64,000 nt of DNA, from NCBI GenBank assembly GCA_958009085.1, contig OY253674.1:930001-994000 (forward strand). Reading direction: 5' to 3'. Every line of letters begins with the position of its first letter. Position 1 is the first letter of the stretch. Positions 12,104-23,542 of the stretch are shown here, piece by piece. The stretch comes from Protoeuglena noctilucae (taxonomy: Eukaryota). The notes beneath the pieces were generated by a model. That model was given only the letters and a program-made list of their open reading frames with translations, ran no database searches and was not told where the DNA came from. A program made the position numbers and the translations under genes.

Positions 12104-13614
12104 TCAGCAGGAGTCGGTATACCCCATCTGCACCCCGAGATAGACCAGGTGGTCCGTCAAGCTCGTGCAAATGCCGTAGCCGTCGATCCCGCACGCGCCG
12201 TCGTAGCACGTGGGGTCCTCCCCAGACCCGTCGCACAACCGCGCCACGATCATTTCCGGAAAGGCGGGGGACGTGAGGGTGTAGAGCTCCTGGGCGCTGT
12301 GGTGGAACCCTGCAGAGAGGGGCATCGGAAAGAGCGGAATGGATGTTTGCATGCCACGAGCGGCGCGGGTGGCCACCCGATGCCAGCTGCTATCCAGCCA
12401 AGGCTTGCCCGCAAAGTGGGGCGGCAGGGACGGCACCATGTCCTGGTTGTGCGTCACTCTCAAGACCTCCTCCGCCATCCCGTAGAGCAACTGCGGCACA
12501 AGTCCCGAGAGGGCCTTGGTCGTTGGCACCATGCCATGCACCCCGGGCGAGCGAGCTCGAGCGCTGGGCCCACCTTGGCAAAGTCCTTGTTGCCCACGCG
12601 GGGGGATCCGAACGTGTGCACCGACACGGCGGGCACGCTCACGTTGTACCGCAAGTCCAGCGCTGCGATCTGTGCCAGGGCAGCCCCCAGGCTGTGGCCC
12701 AGCACCAGCACCCCGGGAGGCTTGCTGCGGGGCACGACACACGGCACTTGCTGACCCCGCAACCACCACTGAAAAGTGTAACGCGCGTTACGAGCAACCC
12801 GCTCTCTCCTCGTGCCAGTCCCTGGAGGCTAAGTGTAAGGGTGGTCCCTCCTCTCACCTGTACCACTTCTTGTGGTCGTGCATGAGCTCCTGCACGGCGT
12901 CGCGCACGAGGGGCTCGAGCTCGCTGTCGTGGTACGCCTCGAAGAATCCCCGGTGCACGCGGACGTCGAGGCTGGGGTCCATGCCGTCCTGAGAAGGGAT
13001 GTCTGCGGGAGGGAAGGAGGCTAGTTGTGAAGTTGGCAGAGCAGAGTGTGTCATACTCTCTGCACCGTCGCAGGGGGCCACAGCACGCTGCGGCGCCTCC
13101 CACTCGCCCATATCGGTGTGTGAGAACTTGAGGTCCGAGACCCAGTTCTCAAGGGACTTGGCGTGGGTGCCGCGGAAGGACACGACGATCTTGTCCAGGT
13201 CGGGGGAGAAGCCAACGTAGCCCATCAGGTCCCACTTGTCGTCCTCAATGACGACGGCGGTCGAGAAGCCCTCCAGCCCATAGCCGTGGCAAGCGTCACA
13301 CGTCCAGCCTGGGCAGGGCGAGGCGGGGGATGATGCACAGGAAGTCGGCGCGCCTAGGGACGCCGATGCGTTGCGCAGAGGCCCCTACCGGCGATGGCGG
13401 TGATGTTATGGCAGTACGAGATGGCGGCAAAGTTAGCGGACGCTTTCAGAGACGCAAAGTCGAAGCCGTCGCCGCCCACGACCTTCGAGCCGGGGCCGTG
13501 GGTCAGCGGCCGCGCCGCTAGCGTGCCGGGAACCCGGCCGGCCAGGGCAGTCGGTCCTAGCAAAAGCAAAAGCAACAACGCATGCAAGACGACGAGGCCG
13601 CGGTGCCACGTCAT
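12104..13614 (-). CDS. Secreted class-3 (fungal-type) triacylglycerol lipase
   Basis: Signal peptide, IVVSFRGT, VHRGF, GHSLGAA, TFGSPRVGN, D(M)VPSLPP, and DHLVY carrying the catalytic His. Confidence 0.92.
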
Positions 13615-13972
13615 GGCTGAGAGGGCACGCGTCACATCGCCCGTCGCAGGGCCCCTACCGAGCAGTATATCTGCGGTTTGTCACTACCACAAGCTTCTAT
13701 CGATACGAGATAGGCTGATGAGATTTGGAGTAGTGATCCCGGATGCGACAGTGCGCCCAATTTTCCGATCGTCAATGGCTCTGACGACGGGAGGACGTGT
13801 CAGCGGCAGGAGCGCTCTCTCATCAAGCAATACGTGGCATTCGCGCACCATGTGGAGACTAGTCGGGCCGCCTGGGGCCTGGAGCGGCCCGCAGGCGCCG
13901 CGGATGGGCCCTGCGGGTGTACGCAGGGTTCGGCAGCGAATGCAGGGCATCGTGACGCTTTGATGGGACGCG

Positions 13973-15437
13973 ATGGCACGAAGACATCCAGAGCGCCCCG
14001 CCCTTTGGCAGCGGCATCCAGGGCATAAAGACAACTCCCTGCCAGGTCGGTCGCTGTAGAGGAATCGCTCCCATGCGCCAATCCCGCCGATGCAGCGACA
14101 TCCGGTGTTGCGTGATCGCAGGGAACTTCTTATGGTCGCTGGTGCTAAACGCCGTTGAGCATGAGACGCGCAGCTACCTTGTGCTGGGTGAGTTTTGGGT
14201 CGTGAAATGGAACAGGGCACCCATTGCAACCCCCCCAGGCCTCTGCACCTGCGCTCCCTGCCTCTCGCGCAGTGGGCCACTCCACGGTGGTGCTGCAGCA
14301 GCTGGGTGTGGCTGCGATCGCGGCCGTGGCGTCCGTGGAGCTCTACAGCGGCCGCCTGTCGCCCCGCACGACGCTGCTGGTGGCCGGGCTGCTCCTCGTC
14401 GCCGGCTGGGCCTTTGCGTGGGTGGCGTCTGACGGGTCGCTTGGACGCTCGCTCCCCAGGGCCGCCTGGCAGGTTCTGATGCTTCTTGTCGGGTGCGTCG
14501 CGCTGTCGAGCTGGCTACGCGCTGTAATTCCCATCCATTCTTTCACCCCAAACCCAGCAATGCCTCTCCTTTGCTGTTCTCAGCGTGTACAACATGTCCC
14601 CGTTCCTTGCGAACCTCACCCGCGCCATCAGCACAGACACGGTGGTGGCGGCGGCCACCTGCATGCTGCTCTTCCACCTCTATCTACACGACTACTTCTT
14701 CACTGCGCAGGTGACGCCGCGCAGGTGACGCCGTGGCCACCGTGTTCTCTCTTTGTCGCACACTAGATTGGCCATGGCCTTGCCTCGCCCACAGGTCACC
14801 GACTCGCTGTCGGGTTTCGTCTCCCTCAGCGCCGCCGTGGCTGCCGCGGGCCTGGTCGCGTCCAGGCTGGGCGACGCCGAGGCTGCCTTTGCGTACGTCA
14901 TGCTCTGCCTGGAGCTCTTCCTCCTCTCTCCCTACCTCCGTCGCTACGTGCGCCAGCGCAGTGCCACCATGCACTACGCCTTGACGGTGAGGGCCTCACG
15001 AGCGAGGAGAGCCGATGTGTAACTTCTTTTGCTGGTGTAGTGGCCCCGGGAGGCCCGAGCTTGACGTCTTTTCCAACCATGCATCCAAGCCCCTGCACCC
15101 CAGGCGTGCCTCGTCTGCGCCCCGCTCCCGTCCATCTTCGCTCGGTCCCTCACAGCCGGGGTCCTCTGCGTCGGAGTCTGCGTCTTCGTCGCCGCTGTTT
15201 GCCCCCTCGCCTTTGTGGCCATCGATCGGTACAAGGCGAGGCGCCAGACCCCGCTGACACGGGCCGCTCTCTTTTCGCATAAAATTACCGTCACGATCAC
15301 CGGAACTGTTTCTGATCGTGACTCACCGCCCTCGCCGTTGCGCGCAGGTCATCCCCGCGGGGCCCTGGGACGAGGCGGAGCTGGAGGCAGAGCTGCTCGG
15401 GCGCGGCGATGCCCCCCCGCGGCCTGGCAAGACGTAG
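13973..15437 (+). CDS. PIGC: GPI N-acetylglucosaminyltransferase subunit C (PIG-C/GPI2)
   Basis: SPFLANLTRAISTDT, HLYLHDY, SLSAAVAAAGLVASRL and C-terminal YK/VIPAGPWDEA. Last intron is GC-AG (15236-15347). Confidence 0.9.
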
Positions 15438-15471
15438 TGCGAGTTCAAAAGCCCTGCCTCGCCCCACCGCG

Positions 15472-17576
15472 CTAGTCGGCTGAGAGCTGGAACATGGGCC
15501 GCCCACCCGAGGGCAGCACTGCCGCCCGGCTCCCCAGCCACGCCAGCCGCCACGGCAGGTGCTCCACGCCCCGCCTCATCACCTCCTCCGCCTGGTCGAC
15601 TACCAGAGGTTCCTTAATGAACATGGCACGTAGGGGCACCTCCACACTCCGCACCGCCACCTTGCCACCCCAGTCGCTGTCCGCGTCCGACCCACCGTCC
15701 TCTCCCCCGCTTCCTGAAGCCCCGTCCCCTGCTCTCGATGCCGCCCCTCCTGGGGCATCCTCGGAGCGCCCCGCTGGCTCCGGCTCAGACTCCCCAGCGC
15801 CCATCGGCACTGCCCCGCTCGCGCCTCCCTCTCGCGACTGGAGCTCCCCTGCAGGCGCAGAGGGGTGCGGCCCGGGTTTAGACGGGCCTCGACCCACGGC
15901 TGCATGGCGCTGCGTGGAGGCGGCCGACGCACCCGGATCGGACGCGCGTGCCACCGCAGTCAGCTTGGCTTTCAGGTCGACCCCCAGCACCATGCTCAAA
16001 GCCACCCTGCTGGCCTCCTCAGCCGAGGCCTCCCGGGTCAGGCCACGGTACACAGCGTCGGGCGTGATGACACCGAAGCCCTTGGGAGGGTACCGCGAGA
16101 TGCCCAGGCACTCGGCCACCTCCTTGTTCGGGACGACCGCGGCGCTCGGGGGGAAGATCATGAAGGCCAGCTGGCCCTCGGCGTCCTGCGGCATCAGGGT
16201 CACGCAGTCTGGCAACAGACCCACGAACAGACCCCCGCCAGCGGCGTCTTGAAGCGAAGATGCGCTCCTCACCATTTGCAAGTCCACTTCGATCCCAGGG
16301 ACGTGGTTGGCCATGATCTGGTCCATACTCTCGCGTAGGGAGTCCAGGAGGTGGGGCGACAGGCAGTCCGAGAGCTCCCCGAGCAGCCTGCAACGTGAAG
16401 CACGTTCAGGCGTGATGACCGCGCCGCATGGAGCGGAGCAGCGACGGGTTCGTCCTGCAGGGGCGTGCATCGCTCACCCGTGCCGCTTCTCCGGTTCAGT
16501 CAGCTTGAGGCAGTCGTTCAAATGCCCCACGATGCCCTCCACGGCCATCGTCGCCGAGGCCGTCTCGCCCTGCACCCATGCAAGGTGCGACGGGTGAGCA
16601 TTGGGGGGCAGCGCTCAGGGCGGGGGCGAGGCCCATCCCTGCAGCCCACCCTCAGCCACGGCCCACCTGGACAGTCGAGTCGGCGTCAGAAACCATCATG
16701 CGGTAGAAGATGCGGCCGTGGAGCGACAGGAGCCAGGGCATGTCTGAGGCGCGGATCTTCGGGCTCGGGAAGGAGACGAGCGCAATGGCCCTCCCAATCT
16801 GCTCAAAGACGCTCCCCTGCTGCTCCTGCAGGGCACCGCGGTCAGCGCTCGCGCGTCTCCAGTGTCCTGACCCGTCCCCAGCGCAGGCACTCGCGAAAAG
16901 ACAATGAGCGTCACGCAACGAGCGTCACCAACCCTACCAACCCTCACCGTGGTCAGGACTTCAAGCCCCGGGTAGACCGTCTCCCGCATCACCATGCTGT
17001 GCTCCACCTCTGCGGGGGGTGTTATGGAAGACAAGTGGGCCACGTGCACACTCGACCGGGCTTGCAGACGGCGCTGGTGGTCCCTCTGGCTCCCTCACCG
17101 CCGCCCACTTCCAGCCACACTTCGCCTGGGCGCTCCTTCGCGGCGGTCGCCCGCATCGTGGACATGAACTCCTGCATCTCTGACCCGTTCCCGTGCTCGC
17201 TTCCCGTCTGAATCGTCTTCAGGAGCGCCCCGCGAAAAACCTCCGGCTTTCCCTTGAACAGCTCTGCAAAAGGCGTGTCGATGGTATCAATGCAGCGGCT
17301 TCTGCCGTCCTCTGCAGCGCTGTCACACGCACGGGCGGGTCCTCTGACTAATGATAAATTACCTGACAGGCCGTTCGAGTCCTTCTTCCCCCCTTTCTCG
17401 CCAGTAGGTGAAGTCCTCGCCCAGCGCCCCACCCAGCCGTGCCAGGCGCACAGCGTGGCAGGCAGAGCATTGAATGACACATGCGATGTTTCCTGCAACA
17501 CCGGCCCCGCAGCTCGGACGCCAAAGCGGCTTCGACGCCACAGGGCCCCGGCGCGACTGGACGTGCGGCTGGCCAT
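15472..17576 (-). CDS. Hypothetical multi-exon protein, family not recognised
   Basis: Consistent GT-AG exon chain with globular-looking segments (FEQIGRAIALVSFPSP, GLFVGLLPDCVTLMP, YPPKGFGVITPDAVYRG). Start codon uncertain. Confidence 0.65.
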
Positions 17577-17848
17577 GCTGCCAGACCCTCCGTCGGCCGA
17601 TTAGCGCCTGTCCCGTGAACTCGAAAAGCGTGACTGATGCGCAGGGCACGGAGCAGCTCCTTTCAATGCCAGCTCCCGCGCCAGTCCTGGCGTCACAGAA
17701 ACACCCTTCTCTTCTGACCTTTGAGGGGGCTCGGCCCGTCATCTTTTTGAATCCTCATAGGCAAAAAAAGGCCTGCCTGCTCACCCTTCCCGTCTTCTTC
17801 CACGCGATCCTTCCATCGGTAGAAGCTAAGCGCGCCGCTGCTCAGCAG

Positions 17849-18672
17849 ATGCCGCCTTGCGCAGTCTCGGCACGCCCGGCGCCCGCACCCGGCGCCGTGG
17901 CGAGGCGCGCTGTCCTGGCCTCCCTCACTTCCGTCGGCATCCCCGTCGGAGGGGCGAAGGACGCACCACTGGCGCCGTTGGGACCCACGAACGAGGAGTT
18001 TGGCGGTCCGAAAAGCCGTGGCCTCCCCATCGAGGCCGTGAGGGACGCGCTGGGACGCGGGCTCGGCGAGGACGAGTACTTCGTGACCGGGAAGATGCCT
18101 TTCGAGGTGTTCAGTGGCAGCTGTCGCTTCGTGGACCCCACGAACGACGTGACGGGACTGTCCAAGTACGCGCGGTGAGTCCGTGGTTGCAGCGGCGTGT
18201 ACGCTCTCTGATGGCCGCGTGGCGCATGAGTGGCGCCATTGCTAAGAAACGAGAGCAAGATGGACGCGCTGGCGCCGCGAGCAGTCCGGAGCGCTGAAGA
18301 CGTGCGCATTGGGTTACACGGCGCTGGACATATCCCCTTTACCATCTCTGTGGTGGGCATACTCCCTGCCACGCTCATCTCTGCAGGGCCCTGGAGATCC
18401 TCTTCGACCCGGATCTCAGCGGCGTGCGGCTCCTGTCCATCGCGGTGACCTCCCCGCGGACGGTCGAGGCTACGTGGGAGCTGGGCGGGTTCCTCCGAAA
18501 GGAGTTCTTCTTCTGGCGTCCCGTGGTAAAGCCGTTCGAGGGCAAGGTAGTCTGGACCGTGGGCGACGACGGCCTCGTGGTGGAGCAGCGGGAGGAGTGG
18601 AGCATCAGCCCATGGGAAGCGCTACGCGAGACATTCACACCGTACTTTGGCGAGCCTTACAAGGTCTTATGA
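17849..18672 (+). CDS. DUF2358/SnoaL(NTF2)-like protein, likely plastid-targeted
   Basis: YFVTGK...CRFVDPTNDVTGLSKY, GLVVEQREEWSISPWEALRETF; transit-peptide-like N-terminus; one intron. Confidence 0.8.
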
Positions 18673-18698
18673 TCCATCGCATGCTTTGAAGCTGAAAG

Positions 18699-19524
18699 CT
18701 ACAGGTCCTCCACTTCTGCCGTGGTCGGCCCAGCACTCCGCTCGTACGTGCGCCGGCGCTCGCGCTCCCTCTCCTCCAGCACACGGCGCACTGTCTGTGG
18801 CGGAGGACGAGCCCGGCGTTGCATGCAACGACCTTTCCCACCGGGTAGGAAAGGCACCATCCAAAGACCGCACCGCACCTCTGCCTCCTCCTGCTGCCGC
18901 TCCTCCTCCCACTCCTCGCGCTCGCGCTTCTCCAGCCGCCGCTTGATGCGTGACTGGACTTGTGCGACCCGTGCCTGCTCCAACGCCGACAGGGACCCGT
19001 GCCGCCGCATCGCCACCTCCTCGACTTGACGCATGAGGTAGAGCCGCATCTTTCCCCAGTTGTTCCGCCTTGGGTTGTCCTTCTCAACGCTCCCCAGCTT
19101 CTTCAGGTCCCCGTCCGTCACCAAATAGATTTGCTGCGCAGCAGGGGCCAGCAGTGCTCTTCCTTGGCGTGGGCCCCCCTCTGCGCGGCTGGCCTCGCCT
19201 GCAACGCGACTCCCTCACCTTCGCGGCGACCTTCGATATGAGTTTGTAGTCCCGCTTGCAGGACGAGCACACCGCGACGCCAAAGGCCGACCAGTATTGC
19301 CCGTCGAACGTGAGCGACGAACACACCTCGCAGCAGGCAGGCGGAGCCGCGTCCTCCCGCTTCCCAGTCGCAATCCCACGACCAGATGGCTCCGCTTGCT
19401 GCTCGCAAGCCTCTTGGCGGCTAGCTGCACCGCTAGGCTCGTGGGACGCCGAGGGCCCTGGTCGCGCCTCCGCCCCTCCCTCATCTGGCAAGAAACCCCC
19501 GAGGAAGTTCCCACCGCCCGACAT
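18699..19524 (-). CDS. XPA: DNA repair protein XPA/Rad14 homologue
   Basis: C4 zinc finger CEVC...VAVCSSC, then YKLISKVAAK/QIYLVTDGDL and NPRRNNWGKMRLYLMRQVE. Confidence 0.9.
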
Positions 19525-19657
19525 GAGCGGGTGGGAGAGGCGCACGTGAAGAGCCCAGTGAGCAAAAGCCACAGCACGTCAACTCCGGTGGCAGTGCAGC
19601 AACGGCGCCTTGAATCGTCACACAGGGGCGAGCTGTGGATCGAGTTCTGCGATGTTT

Positions 19658-19679
19658 GGGGGGGGGGGGGGGGGGGGGG
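19658..19679 (+). repeat. Poly-G tract (22 G) in the XPA/SLC35F divergent intergenic region
   Basis: Direct reading of the sequence. Confidence 0.9.
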
Positions 19680-19935
19680 TGTCGGCTAGTGCAAGCAAGC
19701 ATTCATTGTGGCACTGGCGCCCGCGTCTAGTCAGCATTATGCCAGATCTCCTCCAAATGGCACCCTGAGCTCGTCAGAGGGCTGCGATTTGGTGCTCCTG
19801 TCCAACTCGTGGGCCTGCGCCCGCATCGCTTGACGATGCAGCGCTGAGTGGCGACGTTGGTCCGACCGTGGGCGTGCGTGAGCCAACGAGCAGCTGTCGG
19901 GGGCGTTGAGTAGTGTCGAGGTCCGAGGCTCAATC

Positions 19936-21944
19936 ATGCGGCCGCTCAGCAGCGCGGCCACGCTCGGGTACGCTTTCCTGGCCCTCACGTGCGGAATTTG
20001 GGTCTTCTCAAGCTTCTTGGTGCAATGGATCCTCGGGAGCCAAGGAGTACAGCCGGCACTGCTGACGTATGTGGTGCGTGCGCGTGTTGGGAGCGCAAGC
20101 GGGCAGCGGGTTGCGTCGGGAGTGCAGAGCGACATGGCTGCGACGCGGCGCCACTCGACGAAGGCGTCAGCTCCATGCGTGCAGGCCAACACGGTTTTCA
20201 TCGTGTTCCTCCCGATCTTCCGGCTGTCGCTCATGCTCCAGGCCTTCGCGGCGAGGAGAGGCAGCCCGACCACGGGATACCAGAACCTCCTCGGGGCAGG
20301 CCCGGTCGATGGCATCGAGAGCGGACCGCCCACGTGGAGCCGACGGTCGAGCGCCGCCGATTGCAGCTCTCACGGAGAACTGGGCCGCGCGAGGAGCGAC
20401 GTGGGACTTGCGGCGTTGCCGCGACGTGCGCCCGAGCCCAGCGCTAGGGGCTCAGGCGGGGAAGGGGTTGGCGTGCAGGGAGGCACGGACGTGGGCGGTT
20501 CCACGCCAAAGGGCGACGCCAGCGACGGCGGTTCGGAGCCGGCAGACCCCCCAGGGGCCCTGCCGGTCGCCGGGCAGGGGAGGCCACGGACGTCGTTGGG
20601 GCAAAACCTGGCGCTGACGCCCCTGTCGCGCCAGTTCCAGCAGGACTACATGGAGTCGGTGCGTAAGTGGTCGGGGCGGCGGGGGGAGTCGGGCACGCCT
20701 GGGGCGTCTGGGTCCGGCGTGGGGTTGGAAGGGCCTGACCTGTTGCTGGAGGGCGGCAGGGGCCCGTCGGGGGGCGCCGGCAGCCCCAGCAGCTGCAGTT
20801 CCGCGAGTCGATCTCTCCCCGTGCGCGTGCGGCACCGTCTCCCCGCTCGCCTCCGCCCCCCGGAGCCACCCGAGGACGCGGGGTGGACGGGGCGCTTCTC
20901 GCTCACCCGGCACGCCCGGGCCGCCCTCATCGTGTGCCCCCTCTGGTTCGTGGCCCAGCTGTCCTACAACGCGTCCCTCGGCCTCACCTCCGTCACCAGC
21001 AACACCATCCTCAGCAGCACGTCCTGCATCTTCACCTTCGCCCTGTCGGCCGCCCTGGGCCGCGAGCGCTTCACCGTCCCCAAGTTCCTCTGCGTGCTCG
21101 TCGTCATGGCGGGCACCGCGCTGGTGACGCTCTCGGACCAACTCAACGCCGCAGCGTCGGGGGCCGCCGAGGACGGGCGCCACACCGTCCAGGGCGACGC
21201 GCTGGTCGTCCTCTCCGGTGACGCGCCCCTCGGCCCTTCCGCCGCCGCATTTGCTGAACATACGTGCCGACTCTTATAGATAACGGACACGTGTCGCTCT
21301 CGCTCGCAGCCCTGTGCTATGCCGCCTACACGCTGGCTCTGGACGCGACGCTGCATTCGGACCGGGAGGCCTCCATGCCCCTCTTCTTCGGCCTCATGGG
21401 CGCCTTCACGGGGATGCTCGCGTGGCCCGCGGCCATCGTGGCGTCCCTGGCCGCTTGCGGCAGCCTCCGCGGCTTCACCCCGCGTGCCTTTGGCATCTGC
21501 GCCGTCAAGGGACTCATCTCCAACGTCATGAGCGACTACTTCTGGGCGCGTGCCGTCCTGCTGGTGGGGCCCACCGTGGCCACGGTCGGCCTCTCCATTC
21601 AAGGTAAGCAAAGCATGGCTGGGGGTTGCACTGGGCCGCAGGGCTCCGCGGACCGGTCTGGAAGCGACCGGGTTACCTCATCGGGGCCAGCTTGCCTCCG
21701 GTGTCACCCTGTGCGCGCGACGCCCGCAGTGCCGATGGCCACGGCTGTGGAGTTCTCCCTGGGGCACCTCCACATGGCCAGCGCGGGGACCGCCTTCATG
21801 TACATCGCGGGGGCAGGGGCCGTCCTGGGAGGGTTTGTGGGCGCTGCCCTCCTGTCGCCGACCAAGAGCGACGAGCACGCTCAGGCGGGACACTGGCCGG
21901 ACTCACAGGAGCTCCAGAGGCAGGACTTGTACGGCATGTCATGA
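19936..21944 (+). CDS. SLC35F5/Thi74-like EamA-family transporter
   Basis: WFVAQLSYNASLGLTSVTSNTILSSTSCIFT, SDYFWARAVLLVGPTVATVGLSIQ/VP; multiple TM helices. Confidence 0.88.
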
Positions 21945-22057
21945 GCCGCGACACGCATTTGTTTTAGTTTCAGAGACGCTAGTGCAGCAGCAAACGTCTG
22001 CGTATCGGCAGGCATACTACGCGAGCCCAGAGCTGTGGTGAGGCATGCAATACACCT

Positions 22058-22062
22058 TTACA
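22058..22062 (-). promoter_or_regulatory. TGTAA chlorophyte-type polyadenylation signal of the CCDC137 gene
   Basis: TTACA on the + strand, 25 nt past the CCDC137 stop codon. Confidence 0.5.
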
Positions 22063-22087
22063 AAACATGCGAATCGTCCAACGCCCG

Positions 22088-23274
22088 TCATTCGCCTCCG
22101 TCCGCGCCGCCCTTCCCTGTGCGCCCCACGAGGTCCTTGAGCGTCGCTGGCGTCGCGCCCCGCACGCTCAGATGCTCCGTGCTGTGCCCCAGCTTGGCCA
22201 GGCGCGACAGCCTCTTGCTGCGGTAGGCCTGGATCACGGAATCCCTGCAGGCATGTGCGTGCGTTGAGAGTGAGGACGAGAGCCTCAGCGGGGCCATGCA
22301 CAGAAGGATGGATGGATGGCGTGTGGCCCTCACCGCAGCTCTGCCGCCCCAGCCTCGGAGGGTCCCCGGCCCTGGTCTTTGCGGGCCAGCCGGTCCCGGC
22401 CCGCAGACAGCTGCCGCTCCATGATGCGCCCGAGGCGGCCCTTGTCGCCAGCATCGGGAGCCCCTTGGCCCCCTTCCCGCCAATGTCGCCGCTTCAGGCT
22501 GAACTGCAGGGGCCGGTCCGCCACCTCCCCGACTGCCACGCGTTCAGGCTTGAAGGGCTCCTCATCCAGCCGAGCCTCGGCCGCTGTCACCGCCTTCTTC
22601 GCCCTCTCCTTCTCCTTCTTCTTCTGCAAGCACGCACCGTGCGCTCAGCAGGAAGGCCGTCGACACGTTGCGCCAACGGGGCGGCCGGGAGAGGGCCGTC
22701 ACCTTGCGGAACTCCTTCGCCTTGAGCTTCCGGCGCGTCAACCCCGCGGCCAGCCTCTCTGCCTTGCTCATCCGTTCCGGATCCAACGCGACCTTCTCCT
22801 TCGCGTCCGTCCCGTCCCTTTCGTCCAACCGCGACCTCAAGTCAGCTCCCCCCTTGCCCGAAGTGGACGCCTCCCCGGCGCCGCGTCCCCGCCCACCCTC
22901 TCCCTCGCTCGCGATCGCCGCGACCTTGTCAGCCGTCGAGTCATTCGTTCCGGTCAAAACGCCGCCGCCTTTCTTCGCCCTCGCCTCCTTCCGCACGCGC
23001 TCTGCAACAGCCATCATCTCCACGAGCTTCTGCGGCGTGAGGGGGGCGCCGCGTCAGACGCGGAAGCGAAGTGGAAAGCCCTGCGCCCGAACACGCGGCG
23101 ACCCACCCGCTGGGATCGGGGGACGTGGTTCATCTCGCGCTGCACGTCGGCAACGGCGTCTGCCCGGACGCGAGCGAACGGCAGCGCCTTGGCGAACTGC
23201 GCCTTGTACAAGTTGCTCTCTAGCGCCGCCTCCAGATTGCGCTTGCGCCTACGAACGCCGACGCCCTTGCCCAT
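22088..23274 (-). CDS. CCDC137: CCDC137-like basic coiled-coil protein
   Basis: ERVAVGEVADRP and ELR/DSVIQAYRSKR motifs, Lys/Arg-rich; three GT-AG introns. Confidence 0.65.
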
Positions 23275-23542
23275 CCTTCCAGCGCTGCCCAGAACCGGAC
23301 CTCCGCAGAGATGTCGGATACGCTCTGCACAAGTGAGGAGTACCAAACAAGCAAGTGCATCCATAATGTCGATGGTTGGCGCCTTCAGGCCTCCTAACGA
23401 GCTCGCTGGAGTTGGCGCCAGTGAGCTGACGCAGTGCGCCGACATTTGGAATCGACGTTTTGCGGGGCAGTACCCTGGCATATCGACACCCTGATCGCAT
23501 CCAGGGGGGAGCTGCTTGATCGTCCTGCGCAGCCATGTCGCC

